From positions 352,001-416,000 of the forward strand of contig CAWGYD010000001.1 of the NCBI GenBank assembly GCA_963826785.1: a DNA stretch of 64,000 nucleotides, written 5' to 3'. Under the pieces are notes generated by a model. It saw nothing but the letters and a program-made list of their open reading frames with translations. It ran no database searches and was not told the origin of the DNA. Position 1 is the stretch's first letter; each line of letters opens with the position of its first letter. This document shows, in pieces, positions 40,114-50,642 of this stretch. The position numbers and the translations under genes were made by a program. Source of the DNA: an uncultured delta proteobacterium. GTDB lineage: Bacteria; Desulfobacterota; Desulfobacteria; Desulfobacterales; Desulfosalsimonadaceae.

Positions 40114-40248
40114 TTATCGGATCAGTCCCAGAATGCCGAAAATGATCAGGTACAGTGCGATGAAGTAATTGAGCAGTTTGGGCATGATCAGAATCAGAAT
40201 GCCGGTGATCAATGAAATGACCGCCTGGAGATCAAAATGGGGATTCAT
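40114..40248 (-). CDS. DUF3096-like small membrane protein (44 aa; below the ORF-track cutoff)
   Basis: MNPHFDLQAVISLITGILILIMPKLLNYFIALYLIIFGILGLIR*; AAGGA RBS. Confidence 0.8.
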   Translation of the reverse strand: MNPHFDLQAVISLITGILILIMPKLLNYFIALYLIIFGILGLIR

Positions 40249-40328
40249 ATGATTTCCTTTCTGCAATAAATAGGGTTCGTCGAAAAACAAGGATTACCTT
40301 TGGCGCCGATCCATTCAAGTTTTGGGGT

Positions 40329-42434
40329 TCAGCTTTTCAGTATGGGAATATCGATCTGATCGGCGGCGGGCGGTGCCGTGATGTGACGGGCCTTAATGGC
40401 CAAATCCCGCACCCGCTTGAAATCCGCGTCCGTGAGCACACCCTCCAGCCCGGAGATGGAAGCCAGCTTCATTCCGTGCTTGAGCCCCATCTGATAGATT
40501 TCGCTGACCTTCTCCCATTTGATGTCTTTTCCCATGCTGAAATTTTCAAACCGGCCCTCCAGGGCCAGCACGATGGTTTCCGCCAGCGATGCGTAGGCGA
40601 CACCCGGCGGCAGCCCGATATCCTTCATTTCCGGCTGTCCGGGCAGGGTGATCTCGCCGGAAGCGATGATCAGAACATCCGGCCGCTTCCGGGCGTCCTT
40701 GACGGTGAAGTTGAGCGGCCGGTTGACATCGGTGATCACGCAGCCGGGTTTGACCTGCATGATGTCCAGTATCTTGCCGGTCCCGGTCTGCCCCGCGGTC
40801 ACGATGACGTCCATGTCTTCCAGGTACTTGTCCGAACGGGTGCTCACATGCACCTTGACGTTTTTGATTTCACTGATGATGGATTCTCGAAGGGCCAGCA
40901 GCTTGACATCATGGACATCCACCATGTAGACCTCATCGAATGCGGTGGCCAGGAGCTTGCTGCACACGGACCCCACGGCCCCGGTGGCGCCGATGACCAT
41001 GGTCTTGCCGTTTAGCTTTCGGCCCCTGGTCATCCTGAGCAGCCCCATTCGACGCACCGCCTCGGCAGCTGCCCACAGCGCTGCGGACGCGCTGTAGCTG
41101 TTTCCGGTGGTCACGGGAATTTCGGAAAATTTCGCCACGGTGACGCCGGCATCCCCGAGAGCTTTGGTGAGCGCACCCAGCCCCATGATCTGCGCGCCCA
41201 GGTTTTTGGCGATCCTGGCTGCCTTCACCAGCCGGGCATTGATGAACTCGGGGTCATGGGCCAGCATCTGGCGGGGGGTGGCGCCGATGGCGATCAGCCA
41301 CCCTTCGGCCTCTACCCCGGTGGGCGACTTGATCCCGGTAATCTTGGAATACTTGAACGGCGGGGAATAGGCCATGAGCTTTTCGATGGCGTTCATGCCG
41401 GTTTTCCGGGTCAGTTTCGAAATCAGCCGCACCGGTTTGAGTTTTTTCAGGTAATCCTGGCTCAGGGGGTGGACCACGAAGGCGAACCGGTTGACCCGCT
41501 TTTTTTCACCCGACGGATATACCACCCGCGGGTCCATGCGCAGATCGGAAATGACTTCCAGGAGGTCGTCGCTGGTCAGCGTTTCCGGCGTCTTGTCCAG
41601 TGCCGTCATGATCATGGCCTCAATCACGCTGACTCCCACGACTTTTTTGAGCATCTTCGGGGTGGTATCGATGATTGTATCCACCCCCCGCTCCCTGAGA
41701 AATTGAATCCGGTCGTCGTAGGCCGTAGACGTGATGACAGTCTTGCCTCCGAGTTCTGTGATGCCGAATTCACCGACAAATTTATAAAAATCATGATAGG
41801 GGACCACCACGACATTGGCCTGCTGGATGGCCCGGCGGATGATGAACTGCGTGTATGCGCGCAGAGGCATGGCATAGTCCGAGAATCTCCGGCTGGGCAC
41901 CCATTTCAGGATGGAGTGCAGTCCCCCGGCATAGAGTTTCAGGTCGTCCATGGACGTCAGGAACTTGGGGATGCCGTTTTCAAGGATGGGATCGCAGAAC
42001 ATGAGATTGGTCGTATACTCGGAAAGCGCCCGGGCCAGGGTGGCGTTGCTCATGCCGGACAGAAAGACGATCCGGCTGTTATTGAAGTAGCTGTTTCCCT
42101 GGGTATACTGGATGTGTCGGATGCTCCACTCATGGGTGACGGTCCGAAGGGCATCTCCGGCGGTGAACGGGGTGGACAGCCGGTCGGCCAGTTTACGGAG
42201 TTCCCGGGTCTTGTGGGCCATGAGCTGCTTCGAACCCAGCGCATAGGGAAACTGGATATACCCCAGGCCGATGGCATCCGCCTTCTGGTCCCATTCCTGG
42301 AGAAGTTCCGCGGTTTCATCGATATCGCCGTCCGTTCCGAATCTCAGGATGTGGAAGTCAACCTTCATGAACCGGGTTTTGAAATCGTAATCATCCTTGC
42401 GGGGGCCCATGCTGATATTGACGATGGTTTTCAT
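40329..42434 (-). CDS. Two-domain NAD(P)-dependent oxidoreductase with a C-terminal acyl-ACP-reductase-like (COG5322-type) domain
   Basis: FAFVVHPL, MGLGALT, TTGNSY, GATGAVG, DVNRP and AETIVLALEG motifs. Confidence 0.7.
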   Translation of the reverse strand: MKTIVNISMGPRKDDYDFKTRFMKVDFHILRFGTDGDIDETAELLQEWDQKADAIGLGYIQFPYALGSKQLMAHKTRELRKLADRLSTPFTAGDALRTVTHEWSIRHIQYTQGNSYFNNSRIVFLSGMSNATLARALSEYTTNLMFCDPILENGIPKFLTSMDDLKLYAGGLHSILKWVPSRRFSDYAMPLRAYTQFIIRRAIQQANVVVVPYHDFYKFVGEFGITELGGKTVITSTAYDDRIQFLRERGVDTIIDTTPKMLKKVVGVSVIEAMIMTALDKTPETLTSDDLLEVISDLRMDPRVVYPSGEKKRVNRFAFVVHPLSQDYLKKLKPVRLISKLTRKTGMNAIEKLMAYSPPFKYSKITGIKSPTGVEAEGWLIAIGATPRQMLAHDPEFINARLVKAARIAKNLGAQIMGLGALTKALGDAGVTVAKFSEIPVTTGNSYSASAALWAAAEAVRRMGLLRMTRGRKLNGKTMVIGATGAVGSVCSKLLATAFDEVYMVDVHDVKLLALRESIISEIKNVKVHVSTRSDKYLEDMDVIVTAGQTGTGKILDIMQVKPGCVITDVNRPLNFTVKDARKRPDVLIIASGEITLPGQPEMKDIGLPPGVAYASLAETIVLALEGRFENFSMGKDIKWEKVSEIYQMGLKHGMKLASISGLEGVLTDADFKRVRDLAIKARHITAPPAADQIDIPILKS

Positions 42435-42615
42435 GATGATTTCCTTTCTCTGGAAGCGTGCCCAACCGGGAAGTGGATCTCCTGGTACTGAAAAACTAAA
42501 GATCGACAGCAGGGATAAGCCGGCATACACGTCCGGTATGCAGGCCTATTCTCAAACATTATCCGGACCCTTGTCAAACAAAAGGAATATTGTCGATAGT
42601 TTTTCTGATTTCAGG

Positions 42616-43746
42616 CTAATGCCACTTGAAAATTTTAAGCCCGACCGAAAAGAAGAAGACGCCGGTGGCCAGAAGAATGGCCGCCGGAATCCAGATGTCG
42701 GCAAATCCAGCCCCTTCGATAAAAATGCTGCGCATGCCGTCCGTCAGCAGGGTCAGGGGGAGAAACCGGATGAAGGGAATGCTCCAGTCCGGAAAGTTGT
42801 GGTAGGAAAAAAAGATACCGGACAGAACGGTGAGGGGCAGGACTACGGCATTGATGATTCCGTTGCCGATCTCCGTATTGGCGGTGTGGGAGGAGACGAA
42901 AATGGCCAGCCCGCCGAAAGCGATGTTCCCGGCCAGGAATACGATCATCAGGGCGCCCGGATTCCCCTGGATGGTGATGTCGAAGACCATCCAGGCGACA
43001 AGAAACAGCAGGACCGCCTCGATAAAATTCATGAGCACCCGGACCGAGATCAGGGCCACCAGGAAATGCGATTTCTTCATGGGGGTGGCCACCATCCGGC
43101 GCAGCAGTTTCTTCGATCGGCGTTCGATCATGCCGTAGCTGATTCCCCACATGCACGACATCATGATGTCCACGGCAATCAGTCCGGGCACCAGAAAATC
43201 GATGTACCGGGTCCCGGGCACCGTCAAGGGGACAATCTCTGCCTGCGGCGGCGCTCCCCCCGGCGTTTGCATCCCCGCCATCAGGTTGGCCAGCTTCAGA
43301 TAGGTCAGCTGGGCATCCGGGTTTTTGGGATCAAAATAATACCGTATGCGGCCGTTTTCCTCCTTGACGATGAGGCTCAGGCTGCCGCGCTTGAGGCTCT
43401 TCAAGGCCTCCGGCCAGGACGTGCGGATAAACGTGAAGGTGGTATTTCCCATTGCGTCATTATTTACGGTCAGCTGATATCGCACGGGGGCTGTGCTTGT
43501 CTGTTCGGTGCGGTTTTCGAGAAACGATTCAAATGCGGATGCCCCGGATCCGGCGGGCGCCTGCCGGCTGTTTTGTTCAACGACGGCCACGCTTCGGACG
43601 ACCTCGGATTTCTGGGTAAAGGCGATTCCCAGCCCCAGGGCCATGAGAATGGGAAACACGATGCCCCAGAACAGCACCGCCGGCTGGCGGATGATTTCCT
43701 TGGCATGGGCGATGGTCAGCTGGATCAGCTGAAATAAATTGATCAT
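42616..43746 (-). CDS. ABC-2 type exporter permease
   Basis: LFWGIVFP, RYIDFLVPGL and LSGIFF motifs. Confidence 0.88.
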   Translation of the reverse strand: MINLFQLIQLTIAHAKEIIRQPAVLFWGIVFPILMALGLGIAFTQKSEVVRSVAVVEQNSRQAPAGSGASAFESFLENRTEQTSTAPVRYQLTVNNDAMGNTTFTFIRTSWPEALKSLKRGSLSLIVKEENGRIRYYFDPKNPDAQLTYLKLANLMAGMQTPGGAPPQAEIVPLTVPGTRYIDFLVPGLIAVDIMMSCMWGISYGMIERRSKKLLRRMVATPMKKSHFLVALISVRVLMNFIEAVLLFLVAWMVFDITIQGNPGALMIVFLAGNIAFGGLAIFVSSHTANTEIGNGIINAVVLPLTVLSGIFFSYHNFPDWSIPFIRFLPLTLLTDGMRSIFIEGAGFADIWIPAAILLATGVFFFSVGLKIFKWH

Positions 43747-44707
43747 GATTCGGTCAGCCGTCTTCCGGTCATGGCAATGAACAGGTCGTCTAAGGTCTGG
43801 CGGCGGCATTCCAGATTTTTCAGGTGAATCCGGTTGTTTTTCAGAAAAGAGAGAAAATCCGGAAGCTGGTTTTCCATGTCGGTCAGGGTGATATTGCCTT
43901 TCCGGTTCTGTGCATCCCAGTCGACGGCAAAGGGGCAATTGCCCATCAGCCGGCTTATCGGCGCGGTTTCTCCGGGTTCGACCGAAAATTCGATGTATTT
44001 TTCATCGCCGCTGTCGCGCAGCAGCTGATCCAGCGTCCCTTCCCGCAGAATCTCACCATTGTCCATGATGATAATGGCGTCGCACAGTTTTTCCGCCTCT
44101 TCCATGTAGTGGGTCGTCAGGATCAGCGAGGTTTCGGACCCGGCTTTCAGGTTGAGCAAAATGTCCCAGATCTCCCGCCGGGCATTGGGGTCCAGGCCGG
44201 TGGTGGGTTCGTCCAGGAGCAGGATTCTGGGCCGATTGATCAGGGCGATGCCCAGGGCCAGCCGCTGGCGCTGGCCGCCGGAAAGATTGACCGTAAAGGC
44301 ATCGCGTTTGGCATCGAGCCCCACCAGATCGATAATTTCTTCCACCCGGTCCTCACGCAGGCCGTAAAAGCTGGCGAACAGGCGAAGGGTCTCCTTAAGG
44401 GTCAGCTTGTCGATGAACCGGGTCTCCTGCAGGGACAGGCCGATGATCCGGTGAATCTCATCCGCACTGTCTTTCCAGGACATGCCCATGACCCGGATGT
44501 CGCCCCGATCCGGCTGCTGAATCCCCTCGATCATTTCCACCAGGGTGGTCTTACCCGCGCCGTTGGGGCCCAGGATGCCCGTGAACTGCCCGGGATCGAT
44601 TCGCAGGCTCACCCCCCGGACCGCGTCGACGGTCCTGAAGGATTTGTAGACGTCATCGACTTCGATAACCGCGGCAGCTGCGCCGTCGTTTATGGAGATT
44701 CTTTCAT
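43743..44707 (-). CDS. ABC exporter ATP-binding subunit, probable frameshift at ~44693 just after the start
   Basis: GPNGAGKTT, LSGGQRQR, LDEPTTGLD and TTHYMEEA; AAGGAAG-ATG at 44707 is one base out of frame with the open IEVDDVYKSF segment. Confidence 0.85.
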
Positions 44708-44738
44708 CTTCCTTTGTTCGTGATTCGAATCTGATTTG

Positions 44739-46391
44739 TCATCCCCCCGCCGACTCAAATGCCTGGCTGACGATCGCCTGGGCCTCCTGCTGGATCTTTT
44801 TCAGGTGATCCTTTCCCGAAAAACTTTCCGCATAGATCTTGTAAATCGCTTCGGTGCCGGAGGGGCGTGCGGCAAACCATCCGTTTTGCGTCACCACCTT
44901 AAGCCCGCCGATGGGCGCCTGGTTGCCCGGGGCGCGGGTCAGCGTGGCCGTGATCGGCTCGCCGGCCAGCTTGTCGGCGCGGATCGCTTCCGGAGACAGG
45001 TTTTTCAGGATATCCTTCTGCCGCCCACTGGCCGGCGCGTCCATGCGTTCATAGAAGCTTTGGCCGAACCGGTTTTCCAGATCCTTGTACAGCCCGGCAG
45101 GATCCCTGCCGGTTTTCGCCATGATTTCGGCGGAAAGCAGGTCCATGATGATTCCGTCCTTGTCCGTTGTCCAGACGGTGGCATCCTTTCTCAAAAATGC
45201 GGCGCCGGCGCTTTCTTCGCCGCCGAAGGCGCAGGTGCCGTCCAGCAGACCGTCCACGAACCATTTGAACCCCACCGGGACCTCGGAAAGGGTCCGGTCA
45301 AGGGATTTGGCCACCCGGTCGATCATGGAGGTGGAGACCAGCGTTTTGCCCACGGAAGCGGTTTTCGGCCAGCCGGGGCGGTTCTGGAAGAGATACCACA
45401 CGGCCACGGACAGGTAGTGGTTGGGGTTGAGCAGGCCCGCCTCCCGGGTGACGATGCCGTGCCGGTCCACATCCGGGTCGTTTCCAAAAGCGATGTCAAA
45501 GGAATCCTTGAGATGGATCAGACGCTGCATGGCATAGGGGGAGGAGCAATCCATCCGGATTTTACCGTCCTTATCCAGGGTCATGAAGGAAAAGGTCGGG
45601 TCAACGGTCTTGCTGACCACTTCAAGATTAAGATGATACTGCTCGGCGATGGGCTCCCAGAAGGCCACCGCCGCCCCGCCCAGGGGATCCACCCCCAGTT
45701 TGAGGCCGGCTGCGGAAATGATGTCCATGTCGATGATGGTTTTAAGATCGGCCACATAGGGGGCGATGTAGTCATACGATCGGACGTGGCTTGATTTCAT
45801 CGCCCTTTCAAAGGGTATCCGTTTAATGGCCGCGATATTTTCGGCCAGGAGTTCGTTGGCCCGTCCGGCGATGGCGGTGGTGGTGCCGGTATCGGCCGGG
45901 CCGCCGTGGGGGGGGTTGTACTTGAACCCGCCGTCTTCGGGCGGGTTGTGGGAGGGGGTAATCACCACCCCGTCGGCCAGTCCCTGTTTCCGGTTCCGGT
46001 TGTAGCTCAAAATCGCATGGGAAATGACCGGGGTGGGGGTGTAGCCGAACCCTTCCTGGACCATGACCGTGATGCCGGCGGCGGCAAACACTTCCAGGGC
46101 GGTGGCCAGGGCCGGTTCGGAAAGAGCGTGGGTATCCATTCCCAGAAACAGGGGGCCGTCGATTCCTTTGGATGCCCGGTGTTCACAGATGGCCCGGCTG
46201 ATCGCCAGGATGTGGTTTTCATTGAAGCTGTTCTTCAGCGAGGTGCCCCGATGCCCCGAGGTGCCGAAGGCCACCTTCTGACCCGGTTCTGAAACATCCG
46301 GCTGATGGGTGTAATATGCGGATACCAGCCGGGGAATATTGGCCAGAAGTTCATTCGGCGCCGGCTTTCCCGCCAGTTCATGTATGCTCAT
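44739..46391 (-). CDS. pgm: Phosphoglucomutase (alpha-D-glucose phosphate-specific)
   Basis: [26 protein letters not shown] and RPSGTE motifs. Confidence 0.96.
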   Translation of the reverse strand: MSIHELAGKPAPNELLANIPRLVSAYYTHQPDVSEPGQKVAFGTSGHRGTSLKNSFNENHILAISRAICEHRASKGIDGPLFLGMDTHALSEPALATALEVFAAAGITVMVQEGFGYTPTPVISHAILSYNRNRKQGLADGVVITPSHNPPEDGGFKYNPPHGGPADTGTTTAIAGRANELLAENIAAIKRIPFERAMKSSHVRSYDYIAPYVADLKTIIDMDIISAAGLKLGVDPLGGAAVAFWEPIAEQYHLNLEVVSKTVDPTFSFMTLDKDGKIRMDCSSPYAMQRLIHLKDSFDIAFGNDPDVDRHGIVTREAGLLNPNHYLSVAVWYLFQNRPGWPKTASVGKTLVSTSMIDRVAKSLDRTLSEVPVGFKWFVDGLLDGTCAFGGEESAGAAFLRKDATVWTTDKDGIIMDLLSAEIMAKTGRDPAGLYKDLENRFGQSFYERMDAPASGRQKDILKNLSPEAIRADKLAGEPITATLTRAPGNQAPIGGLKVVTQNGWFAARPSGTEAIYKIYAESFSGKDHLKKIQQEAQAIVSQAFESAGG

Positions 46392-46558
46392 ATTCCTCCT
46401 TTCCGGGTAAAGAGCCGTCGATTCCATGGCTGCAGAAGTCGGCTCGAAATGTCAAACCCTCATTTTCCCAGCATTAAATCATAAGTCTTGAAGAAGGACG
46501 ATGCCAGCGGATATCCTTCCGAACCGATTTGGATCGATTTGCTTTGATCGGATTTGCT

Positions 46559-47200
46559 TTAGCGGGGGGCATACGGGGGGACTGGGGGGGATCCGTTCGT
46601 TTTGGCGGCCGCATTTTTGTTTCTGCATTCACTGCCGGAAACGTCAGGCCCCCTTCCATCTCTGTCTGTTTCTCCCCGGTGCGTCTCCTCGCTGCATCCG
46701 GGCAGGGCCGCTGACTGATCATCGGGACGGCGCCAGAAGACCCGGACCAGGATATATCCGGCAACTGCGGCGATGCATCCCAGGATCATGCCGCCGGTCC
46801 AGACATAAACCGCGTTGGTGAACACCTGCCGGACCGGGCCGACCGGTTTGATATGCCCGGCGGCCAGAAATCCGGGGAGATGAGAAAAGACGAACCGGCC
46901 GATCCTGAATTCGACCACGTAAACATAAATCATGGTAAACGGATTGGTGATCCAGCAGGCGGCCAGGGCGATGGGCAGGTTGACCCGGAGCCAGATGGCG
47001 CAGATGGCGCTGATCAGCATCTGAAAGGGAATGGTGGGGGTAAAGGCGATAAACAGCCCCAGGGCCAGGCCGCCGGATATGGTTCGCCGGTTGATGTGCC
47101 AGATTTCCCTGTCGAAGAGCCGGTCCCCCAGCAACCGGTGGATCACTTCACCGCGAAGGCGTTCCTGGGCAAACACATACTTATCCAGCCATTTGTTCAT
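46559..47200 (-). CDS. DUF2062 family membrane protein
   Basis: GLALGLFIAF.P, RVNLPIA and WITNPFT motifs. Confidence 0.85.
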   Translation of the reverse strand: MNKWLDKYVFAQERLRGEVIHRLLGDRLFDREIWHINRRTISGGLALGLFIAFTPTIPFQMLISAICAIWLRVNLPIALAACWITNPFTMIYVYVVEFRIGRFVFSHLPGFLAAGHIKPVGPVRQVFTNAVYVWTGGMILGCIAAVAGYILVRVFWRRPDDQSAALPGCSEETHRGETDRDGRGPDVSGSECRNKNAAAKTNGSPPVPPYAPR

Positions 47201-47465
47201 TCTGATCTCCGGAAAAACAACCCGTTCAGGGCATCAGGCATCGCGCCCAAATACCGGCGCAAGAGGGCGGGCAAGGTGCATGAACAGGAAAACCGTGTCG
47301 AATTTCGAATTTGATCTGACATACAACAGATTTGCAGAGAAAATCAAATTAAAACAAAGGGCGCCTGTCCGGGTCGAAAGTCTCTGATTTTAGACGAACC
47401 GATTTGGTGAACAACTGAAGGACGGATACCGCTGCCGGATCGTTATGGCAGCAGTCGGAAGTAAA

Positions 47466-47500
47466 AAACCAGTTCCTCGATAAATTCGAGGAACTGGTTT
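47466..47500. terminator. Perfect 15-bp hairpin; one arm duplicates the 3' end of the VWA gene
   Basis: AAACCAGTTCCTCGA-TAAAT-TCGAGGAACTGGTTT. Confidence 0.7.
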
Positions 47501-47640
47501 ACGGGACAGGGGATGTTCCAACTTTATAACTGAGGCCTGATCGGAAATCTTATATCGATCACAAAACAGCCGTTTTGAAATACTTCTACGAAGCCGACAG
47601 ATGCATAAGGGCGTTTTCGTCGATGACGATAAAGAGGATT

Positions 47641-47904
47641 CTATTTTTTATAGACGCTCCCTCTAAATCCTACGATCTCGATGAATATTGTTTTGCGGAA
47701 TTCGTCGATGGAGTAGATAATCCGGATATCGCCCATCCGAATCCTGCAGCTTCCAGACAATTCCCCTTTCAGTTGCTTGACATTGGGTAGGTTGAACGGA
47801 TCTTCAGCCAGTTTTTCGAAGATTCGATTCAGACGGCCTGCAGTAGCATCATCGACCTGCTGGTAAAATTTAGCAGCCTTGCGAGCGAATTCGATCTTAT
47901 ACAT
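47641..47904 (-). CDS. RelE/ParE family toxin
   Basis: MYKIEF...LAEDP...KQLKG...RIRMGDIRIIYSID...IVGFRGSVYK. Confidence 0.9.
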   Translation of the reverse strand: MYKIEFARKAAKFYQQVDDATAGRLNRIFEKLAEDPFNLPNVKQLKGELSGSCRIRMGDIRIIYSIDEFRKTIFIEIVGFRGSVYKK

Positions 47905-48124
47905 TCCGCTTTATATTTTTCCAGCTCACGGTCCTTCCAGTTCGGATGTCTTCTTTGGCTTGGCGGTATTCTTCCATGAATCCGCTCATATAAATCAGTT
48001 CCTCTGTTGCCTTCTCATCGCTTTGTCTGAGATCTTCAAGGAAATCGAGTGCAATCTGCAACTTTTGTGGTGGAAGATGTTGAATAGTATCATGAATTCT
48101 GTCTTTTATTTCCATGGGTTTCAT
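47897..48124 (-). CDS. Cognate antitoxin
   Basis: 75-aa gene overlapping the toxin start by 8 bp; EDIRTGRTVSW C-terminus. Confidence 0.75.
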   Translation of the reverse strand: MKPMEIKDRIHDTIQHLPPQKLQIALDFLEDLRQSDEKATEELIYMSGFMEEYRQAKEDIRTGRTVSWKNIKRNV

Positions 48125-48347
48125 AAGTGGCCTTCTTTTTCAGGTTTCCTCCGGTCTTGTTGCTTTTGGGGTATTTGGCAATTTCTGCAAAACTTTAATC
48201 TTTTGGTGCTTCATGAGGTGATTTTATTTAAAAGTTCAATATAAGCACTTTTTACATCAAATAATACGATAAATAAAGGAAAATGGCAGGGAGCGAATTC
48301 GGGCGTGAATTCAGGTGTGTCCCGGCTGTGCGCGAATTTCATCCGCT

Positions 48348-49718
48348 TTAAAACACCAGTTCCTCGACGAAATCAATGAGCTGGTTTAAGTTCCGGCAGG
48401 GGCGGATTTCGTGGCAGTAGGCCTTGTAGACGTTCATTTCGCTGTCGCCCGTGCCCCAGAATTCTTCGGGTTCCGGGTTGAGCCAGATCACCCGGCGGCA
48501 TCGGGCCCGCATCTCCTCCAGCAGCTGCTCCCGCGGATTGTGGTAGTTGGATCGGCCGTCCCCCACGATGATCAGGGTGGTCTTCTGGGTGAGCAGGTGC
48601 AGATAATCCCGGTGAAACTGGTGAAATACCTCCCCGTAGTCGGTCAGGGCATTCAAGTTGATGTCCGTGTCGGTGATCACCTTTTCAATGGCCCGGTTGA
48701 CCTCGTGCTTCTCGAAAATGTCGGTGATATTGATCGTGCTGCAGACAAAGGCGAAGCTCTTGACGTCGGAAAAGCAGTCCTGGAGCGAATAGATCATGTT
48801 GAGCATGAACCGGGCCGCGCTCCAGACGGATCCGGACACGTCGCACAGGGTGACGACCTTGGCCTTGCGCAAAGGCCGGCTGCGGTACTTGATCACGATG
48901 GGAATCCCCTGGAAGCGGCCGGCATGGCGCAGGGTCTTCTTGACATCGAGGGTCCCCTTGTTCCGGGAGGCATACCGGCGGGTCATGATGTCCTTCATCT
49001 TGCGCACCAGATGTTCGATCACCACCCGCATCTCGGCAATTTCGGCTTCCGAAAGGGAGGCAAAGGGGCGTTCCCCCAGCCCCTTGTAATGCGTATCGTG
49101 GGTCTTGACCTGCTTGAGCCCGTCATTGTAGGGCCGGGTCTCCTCGGAGAGCATCCGGGCCGCGGTATCCAGGCGGCCTTTCAGGTAATTGATTGCATCT
49201 GCTGCACCCGGCCCGGCGTTTCCCCCCTGGAGTTGGACCACCCGGTTTCGGGCGCGGTTGATCCGGAGCATGATTTCCAGCCGGCTGGAGAGCTGGCCCA
49301 GGTTGGATTTCACCGAGCGGGTGCTGTATTCTTCCTGGCTCTCCACCCGCTGGATCTCGGAGAGATAGCCGATGGGGTCTCCGGAGAGAAAGTCCAGCAG
49401 GGCCTGGCTGATGGCGTCGTCCTCGGTCCGGCCGGAAAGGGCCTCGAGCAGGTTTTCCATTTCAGGGGAGCGGCCGCTTTCGGGTACCGCTTGCGCCTGG
49501 GGCTGGACATCATGGAAAAACAGGTGGTAGATCCGGTCGAACGTGCGCTGCTCCCGGCGGCTCTTGGCGAAGTTGGCCCGCAGGGCCGCCTTGAACTGCG
49601 CCTCATCCAGCATATCGACCAGCTTTATCTGCCGTACGCAGTCGATGACCTCGGCGGTGGAGACCCGCAGCGTGGCGGTCCGGCAGGCCTCCACGAATTT
49701 GAGCATCACGTCGAGCAT
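48348..49718 (-). CDS. VWA domain protein, CoxE-like
   Basis: MIDAS DVSGS, TDYG, GDGRSNY and WLNPE motifs. Confidence 0.88.
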   Translation of the reverse strand: MLDVMLKFVEACRTATLRVSTAEVIDCVRQIKLVDMLDEAQFKAALRANFAKSRREQRTFDRIYHLFFHDVQPQAQAVPESGRSPEMENLLEALSGRTEDDAISQALLDFLSGDPIGYLSEIQRVESQEEYSTRSVKSNLGQLSSRLEIMLRINRARNRVVQLQGGNAGPGAADAINYLKGRLDTAARMLSEETRPYNDGLKQVKTHDTHYKGLGERPFASLSEAEIAEMRVVIEHLVRKMKDIMTRRYASRNKGTLDVKKTLRHAGRFQGIPIVIKYRSRPLRKAKVVTLCDVSGSVWSAARFMLNMIYSLQDCFSDVKSFAFVCSTINITDIFEKHEVNRAIEKVITDTDINLNALTDYGEVFHQFHRDYLHLLTQKTTLIIVGDGRSNYHNPREQLLEEMRARCRRVIWLNPEPEEFWGTGDSEMNVYKAYCHEIRPCRNLNQLIDFVEELVF

Positions 49719-49723
49719 GACGG

Positions 49724-50629
49724 CTACAGAAGCCTGCCGACGGCTGATTTCACCAGGGCCATGTCCGAACGGTACTTGCAGACCATGTTGAGGGTGTCGG
49801 AAATGATTTCCGGGGACAGTTCCCGGGCGTTTAGCACCATCAGGGACCGCGCCCAGTCCAGGGTTTCGGAGATGCAGGGCCGTTTTTTCAGATCCATTTC
49901 CCGGATGCGGTTGACGGCATTGATCAGCTGTTCGGCCAGGCATTCCTCGATTCCGGGAACCTTGAGCAGAAGAATCCGCTTTTCCAGCGTCTTGGGCGGG
50001 TAATCGATATATAAATGGATGCACCGCCGCTTCAGCGCATCGCTCATGTCCCGGTAGTTGTTGGAGGTCAGGATCACCATGGGGATGTTCTTGGCCTTGC
50101 GGATGCCGATTTCCGGGATGGAGACCTGAAATTCGCTCAGCAGCTCCAGCAGGAAGGCTTCAAATTCCGGGTCGGACTTGTCGATCTCATCGATGAGCAG
50201 CACCACCGGGTTGTCCGATGAGATGGCCTGGAGGAGGGGCCGGGCCAGAATGAACCGTTCCGAAAAAAAGGCATCCTCCTGCTGGGCGATCTTGTCCACG
50301 GCATCGGCCAGGCAGGTGGCCCCGGCGATCAGGTCGTTGATCTTCTCCTTGATCATCTGGGTGTAGAGCAGCTGCTTGGCATACTCCCACTCATAGAGCG
50401 CCTTGGCCTCGTCCAGCCCCTCGTAGCACTGGAGACGGATTTTTTTCCGGTTCATGCACCGGGCCAGGGCCCGGGCCAGTTCGGTCTTGCCGGCCCCGGC
50501 CGGGCCTTCCACCAGGATGGGCTTGTTGGTTGCCGCGGCCAGGAACACCACGGTGGCGATTTCCCGGGAGGGGATGTAATCCGCGCTCTCCAGCTTCTGC
50601 TGCACGTCCTCGACGCTGACAAACTCCAT
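49724..50629 (-). CDS. MoxR family AAA+ ATPase, CoxD-like
   Basis: GPAGAGKT, RLQCYEGLD, LIDEIDK and ALKRRC motifs. Confidence 0.92.
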   Translation of the reverse strand: MEFVSVEDVQQKLESADYIPSREIATVVFLAAATNKPILVEGPAGAGKTELARALARCMNRKKIRLQCYEGLDEAKALYEWEYAKQLLYTQMIKEKINDLIAGATCLADAVDKIAQQEDAFFSERFILARPLLQAISSDNPVVLLIDEIDKSDPEFEAFLLELLSEFQVSIPEIGIRKAKNIPMVILTSNNYRDMSDALKRRCIHLYIDYPPKTLEKRILLLKVPGIEECLAEQLINAVNRIREMDLKKRPCISETLDWARSLMVLNARELSPEIISDTLNMVCKYRSDMALVKSAVGRLL

Positions 50630-50642
50630 TTAAGAATTCCTT

